From: Acetomicrobium thermoterrenum DSM 13490
Lineage (GTDB): Bacteria; Synergistota; Synergistia; Synergistales; Acetomicrobiaceae
Length of the DNA stretch: 64,000 bases
Direction of reading: 5' to 3'
NCBI RefSeq assembly: GCF_900107215.1
Contig: NZ_FNPD01000006.1
Span: forward strand, 49,403 to 113,402
The position numbers and the translations under genes are program-made. Of this stretch, positions 60,701-64,000 are shown in pieces. The notes beneath the pieces are model-generated. The model saw only the letters and a list, made by a program, of their open reading frames with translations. It made no database searches and was not told the origin of the DNA. Within the stretch, counting starts at the first letter, position 1; every line of letters starts with the position of its first letter.

Positions 60701-61298
60701 CGAAGAAGTCTAAGGCTTTTTTGAAATTATCGTCGGAAATCATTGCTTTAATTCTTTTTTTCCACTTAGTGGGGGCGTTTTGTGCAAACCATTCCCCGTC
60801 GAGAAAATCCAGGGCGCTGAGGGCAGATTGGTAGAACAGGTCTTCCTGTTGTGGCGTAACGATATTAAAAGCGGGGCTTATCTCCAAAAATTGGCTGTAG
60901 GATTTTAGAAGGTTCATGGCAAAGCTGTGAATTGTCGAAATTTGCGCTTCATCGAAACGACTGCAGGCAAGCTCCAGTCTCTTTTCTGTGTCCTCTCTTT
61001 TCTGCCGGGAAAGGTTCGAGCTTCTCACGGCGTTAAGCCAGTCCCCCAGAGTCGATAATATTTTATCTTCCATCTCTTGTGCTGCCTTTTCGGTAAAAGT
61101 GATGGTCAATATCTCATCGTGCCTTGCCCTTCCCGTTGCGACCAGCCATGCAAATCTCCACGAAAGGGTGCGAGTCTTCCCGCTTCCGGCCCCGGCGCTA
61201 ACCACCACTAAATCGTCTTCCGCTAAAACTGCTTCACGTTGATTGGGTGTGGCGGTAGCCAGGAAAATCTCGGCCATTGCTTCATCATTGTTCGCCAT
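57723..61298 (-). CDS. addA: ATP-dependent helicase/nuclease subunit A (AddA-like; UvrD helicase plus C-terminal PD-(D/E)xK nuclease with a Cys cluster)
   Basis: Walker A GAGSGKTR with UvrD motifs. The C-terminal nuclease domain (QIDLLYLDD, DYK) is flanked by C...CNACPWKNAC (C-x2-C-x5-C). Confidence 0.8.
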   Translation of the reverse strand: MANNDEAMAEIFLATATPNQREAVLAEDDLVVVSAGAGSGKTRTLSWRFAWLVATGRARHDEILTITFTEKAAQEMEDKILSTLGDWLNAVRSSNLSRQKREDTEKRLELACSRFDEAQISTIHSFAMNLLKSYSQFLEISPAFNIVTPQQEDLFYQSALSALDFLDGEWFAQNAPTKWKKRIKAMISDDNFKKALDFFGANAIVELSKAASSLFGSRGLNPEDLFKESASLEKVDKRAEEMIFGLKERFNLYRNLYDFWVEEIRTEDDNNDGLSERVREFQNRWKGIYPDSPATWVNFLLDLNDSLLSNIKGGGKFKKELESLLSDRFGHKGLKIHRESLSQEVALAKWSKEAHEDRPLRETLLKFASMLWALWEEQKKRKNILSFDDLLTKAKDMVNKYPKAVERYKYILVDEFQDINGVQNLLIKNIAAGKEGATKLFIVGDLKQSIYRFRHADLRIFADYIEKAKSGAGKYVALKESFRMTRDLLERINDLFEYIWKDGISSSLKEIYEPLVYPETLKNENSSGDLKILLETNAEDEDGNKASSAQRKNSLATKLAHRFRMFHEGGVFWKDMVVLVPTRNYFDTLEEAFEREEIPAVFVDQRSFFSRSETLDATALLTALNNPEDDFALIGMLSSPFLRLSQERVSKALSSIEGEGGEGRIWRYLKTNLKGTAEKIEYLRRRAILRGPSDVLNYLLEEPLWLLALPSNKRMRAFSNIRYLIHFLRGYEDAFGKDLAGAADYLKKTARLNAPYEEATPLGEDEDVVRIMTVHAAKGLEFPVVAVFGLEYARHPRSGSSLVPSIFVGTVASSYGDPFDRKKNPPSKAAHDYLEGLKQEEENLRLFYVACTRAKKHLILCGNYEIDSQGNPSKKTGLWLKTVLNWEGARRYADPDDIDEAEIITPKTSDAGSKKNKLSHSRGISLKKLIRPIADSPLDKFSATEYALISWCPHAYRMSCRQGLPLKWELPRSEEYGGPDVGSLVHWILSRWDLKEESLVRFFPENDENLERTLRMLPTGLRPILKDKSHWPLLQRWLTAFAGSFLGSTLRRILSSKDPEYKTYREIPFDFELESGTRLAGQIDLLYLDDATAHIWDYKITEDLDEGSFMELYRKQLEFYGYAVNREFPQKNLLMGLYMLRESREILLDAEDISFAKIKRSIEEAALKAAVGPYEKDTSRCNACPWKNACA

Positions 61299-64000
61299 TT
61301 TCTAACCATTCTCCTCCTTCGATTTCGCTTTTGCGACAGAGGACCTTATATTGACAGTCCTTGCAGGTCTTTCGATCGTAATGGGGTTCGAAGGACCCGG
61401 AGGTCAAGTCCTTTGCCCAACTGATCAGCTGTTCTTCGGCTCTCTTTGCGATATCCTCGAGTTTCTCGCGTTTTATTTTTATGTTATCGGAGTATCCTTC
61501 CGGGACCAGTCTCTTGTCGAGGCCTTTGTGCTCCTTTGAAATATGCCCCAGACACATGCTGTCACTGTGGCACAGGTAGAAGGCGCCTCCTGTCTTTTGG
61601 TCGGCCTTCGATAGCGCCAGGGCGTAGGAGGCAAGTTGCAATGAATTTTCGTAATTTTTGGAACCCGCAGTCTTGTAGTCCCAAAGGATTTGGCCAATTT
61701 CCTTCAGGTGGTCTATGCGGTCTGCCCTGCCGCGAAAGGAGACATCGTTTATCGTAAACGGAGGAAGCTGCCTTTCCCATTCAGTCGATGCGAAGGCTGT
61801 GCGAAGTTTTAGGTATATCTCTTCCTGAATGCGGGCAAGGCGCAGGACCTGCAGGCGAAGCCTTTCGCGATGGCGATGGAGCTTCCTGATGTGGTTAAGA
61901 AGGGGATAGGTCGATTCCACCACTTCTTCCCACAGTTGCTCCACACAAGCTTCAAGGGAAAGCCCCTTTTCAGAACTTCTCATTTTCCATGCCTTCGACC
62001 AGAGGAGGTGAAGCATATTACCGCACTTTTGAGCGTCCAGCCCTGCTTCTTTCGGTTGAAAGAGCTTTAGAATGCTTCTGTAAGCGTAGAGGGCGGGGCA
62101 TTGAACCCAGGTGTCGATATCGCTTAGATAGCCTTCGTCCTTTGGTTTTACCGAGGGGATAGGCTTCCTTCTCGGGCGGGAAAGCTTGTCTTTGGGAACT
62201 TCCGCTTCGCGAAGGAACCTCTCTCCCTCGGGCAACAACTTGCTCAAGGGCCTTCGTGTCTCTTCTACGATTATATAGAGATCTTCCTTTTCACCGTCCA
62301 TTTCCAAAAAGGGAGAGAGCTTGTTCGGCCTGCCCTGGGCGTCGATAGCTGAAAAGGTTAACCAGGTTTCTTCCGTGGAAGCGTATAAATGCCTTCTGAA
62401 GAGGGCTTCCTTTTGTTGTCGCCTTTCGTGCCTTAAGGGCAAGTGGATTCCTGCAAGATTGGCATTTTCGTGTATCATCCTCCTCGCCTCGTCGTTCAAT
62501 AGGGGGGGATCTGTTATCTTTCCGGGCCATTGTTGTGAAGTTGCGTTTATTACTACGTATAATTTATGGGTTGCCAGAACGGGAGAGCTGTCGAAGTAAA
62601 TCGTTACCGATTCTCTTTTTCTCTTCGGAGGCAGGATTCTCGTCTCTTCGGCGAAGCGATTTAAGTATTCCCATCCTTCGGCCTCGGAGAGCATGTCTTT
62701 CTGAGCCGGCCCCAACTCAGGCAAGGACTCGGCCAAAGAAAGCGCCTTTTTCTCCAAAGCTTCCAAGAATTTAGATACCTCGTACAAACTTTCGTCTAAT
62801 GAGGGGTCGGTTACGCAAGCTCCTGCCCTTTTTCGGATTTCAAGCTCATCGTCGAGCAGTTTGAGAAGTCTTTGAAATAAACTTTCTACATTGGAGCCCC
62901 TTTTGATGTGGTCGAAAAAGGAGTCCCATTTTTTAATGATGCGAGTCAACTCCGTTGCGCCGCTTTTACATAATATATCGGTCCATTCCTTTGCTCCCGA
63001 CGGGATCCTTTCTTTAAGAAATTCTAAGAATTCTTTAGGCAAATCGAATCCGAATAGAGGGTTGGAGAGAAGTCCTATGGTGGCAAGGAAGGGCCAATTT
63101 TCATCCTTGGCGATTTTAAGTCGCTTTACCAAATCCCAGCACATCGTTTCGTTCAAATATTTTCCCGAGCCTGACTTCCATGGAATTCGGTAAGCGTTTA
63201 AAACGTCCTCCGCGATGTTTTTGTAAGAGGAAGGTATCTCTATGGCAATGTCCTTAAAAGTTAAGACTCCCTCTTCGACCTTAAACCATAAATTTCGTGC
63301 GAGCGTTTCTAACTCCTGCCTCGGATCGCCACAGGTGAAAAGACGAATCTTTGCAGGCCTGTCCTCTGAGACCTTGCCGATAAAGGCTTTCTCGGCGAAT
63401 TGTTGTTCTGCATCGTAAAATTTATCGCCCATCGTCGAGTCCGGTTTAAATATGTCTATGCTTGCCCCTATATCGTCCAAGGTATCTATGAACTCTCGCT
63501 GAGCCCTCATGAAACTCATAAAACCCACCAGGACGAAGGGCCTGTCTTTCAATTGGCGGGCAAGACTTTCTGTGTCGAGCAACTTGCGGGCAAGGATGGG
63601 TATCTGGGCACTGTCGGCAAGGTCGTTTTCATTTAAGTAATTCAAGTATTTTTTGTAGATATGACATAAAAGACCCGTCGGTTCTGTCAGGTGGGGGCAA
63701 TCATCGGTGCAGCTTTTGCAATTTAGTGTCGTCGAAAGGTCCTCGGGCAATGTGTCCTCGCCGATTAGCTCGTGAAGTTGCCGTCCTATGGTCTCTATGA
63801 AGGCAGGTTGCCCTACCGCCGGGATCTTTTCTTTCAATTCTTTCGATGATGCGAGGATATCGTGGACCAGATGCCTTACCACTAGCCAATGGTCAGGGGG
63901 GTCCAGCTGTCTTTTGACTACTGTTTCGAACCCAGATCTTCGAAGGATGTCGGAAAGTCCGCTGTACAGGTCTCCCCATTGCCATATCTGGGGCAAATTG
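61285..64000 (-). CDS. addB: Helicase-nuclease subunit B (AddB-like), partial; N-terminus lies beyond the window end
   Basis: The C-terminal RecB-type nuclease domain ends CKDCQYKVLC (Fe-S staple). Translationally coupled to addA. The ORF is open to the window edge. Confidence 0.7.
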   Translation of the reverse strand, partial: NLPQIWQWGDLYSGLSDILRRSGFETVVKRQLDPPDHWLVVRHLVHDILASSKELKEKIPAVGQPAFIETIGRQLHELIGEDTLPEDLSTTLNCKSCTDDCPHLTEPTGLLCHIYKKYLNYLNENDLADSAQIPILARKLLDTESLARQLKDRPFVLVGFMSFMRAQREFIDTLDDIGASIDIFKPDSTMGDKFYDAEQQFAEKAFIGKVSEDRPAKIRLFTCGDPRQELETLARNLWFKVEEGVLTFKDIAIEIPSSYKNIAEDVLNAYRIPWKSGSGKYLNETMCWDLVKRLKIAKDENWPFLATIGLLSNPLFGFDLPKEFLEFLKERIPSGAKEWTDILCKSGATELTRIIKKWDSFFDHIKRGSNVESLFQRLLKLLDDELEIRKRAGACVTDPSLDESLYEVSKFLEALEKKALSLAESLPELGPAQKDMLSEAEGWEYLNRFAEETRILPPKRKRESVTIYFDSSPVLATHKLYVVINATSQQWPGKITDPPLLNDEARRMIHENANLAGIHLPLRHERRQQKEALFRRHLYASTEETWLTFSAIDAQGRPNKLSPFLEMDGEKEDLYIIVEETRRPLSKLLPEGERFLREAEVPKDKLSRPRRKPIPSVKPKDEGYLSDIDTWVQCPALYAYRSILKLFQPKEAGLDAQKCGNMLHLLWSKAWKMRSSEKGLSLEACVEQLWEEVVESTYPLLNHIRKLHRHRERLRLQVLRLARIQEEIYLKLRTAFASTEWERQLPPFTINDVSFRGRADRIDHLKEIGQILWDYKTAGSKNYENSLQLASYALALSKADQKTGGAFYLCHSDSMCLGHISKEHKGLDKRLVPEGYSDNIKIKREKLEDIAKRAEEQLISWAKDLTSGSFEPHYDRKTCKDCQYKVLCRKSEIEGGEWLENGEQ

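Noticed and set aside
1-64000. CRISPR arrays, transposases, integrases, phage genes, toxin-antitoxin pairs and known defence-system signatures
   Set aside because: No direct-repeat arrays, no DDE/tyrosine-recombinase motifs and no recognisable defence gene architectures were seen. The ARH (30694-31482) and M48 peptidase genes are divergent singletons with no partner toxin or macrodomain gene.

Overview
This window covers the chromosomal replication origin of a roughly 48-50% GC bacterium, probably an anaerobe and possibly a thermophile. A bipartite oriC (clusters of TTATCCACA DnaA boxes on both sides of dnaA, plus an AT-rich unwinding element) is followed by a tightly coupled dnaA-dnaN-recF-mnmG-DUF721(dciA-like) operon. 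gyrB lies about 26 kb further on, after a block of unrelated genes. Notable modules are: (1) a two-gene encapsulin nanocompartment operon (EncFtn cargo with a C-terminal targeting peptide, plus a family-1 HK97-fold shell); (2) a NuoE-like / NuoF::GltD-fusion / NuoG-like triad with no catalytic hydrogenase or formate dehydrogenase subunit, which fits a Stn-type electron-bifurcating NADH/ferredoxin:NADP transhydrogenase; (3) a poly-gamma-glutamate cluster (pgsB-pgsC plus a third membrane protein) whose first two genes seem to use non-canonical start codons (ATA, CTG) behind identical strong Shine-Dalgarno sequences, sitting directly downstream of a 0.6-kb AT-rich compositional island; (4) a pstCAB-phoU-phoBR operon without pstS; (5) a cobT-like/cobU/cobS cobalamin lower-ligand trio; (6) oxidative-stress and iron genes (P. 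furiosus-like superoxide reductase, MbfA erythrin-VIT1, EncFtn); (7) AddA/AddB (AddB partial) in which both subunits carry a C-x2-C-x5-C Fe-S nuclease signature. Two HD-GYP proteins, two paralogous PLP-dependent dehydratases, and several small orphan ORFs (including one below the ORF-track length cut-off) are also present. No rRNA, tRNA, CRISPR array or obvious transposase was found. All calls are from reading motifs in the sequence; none was checked against a database.
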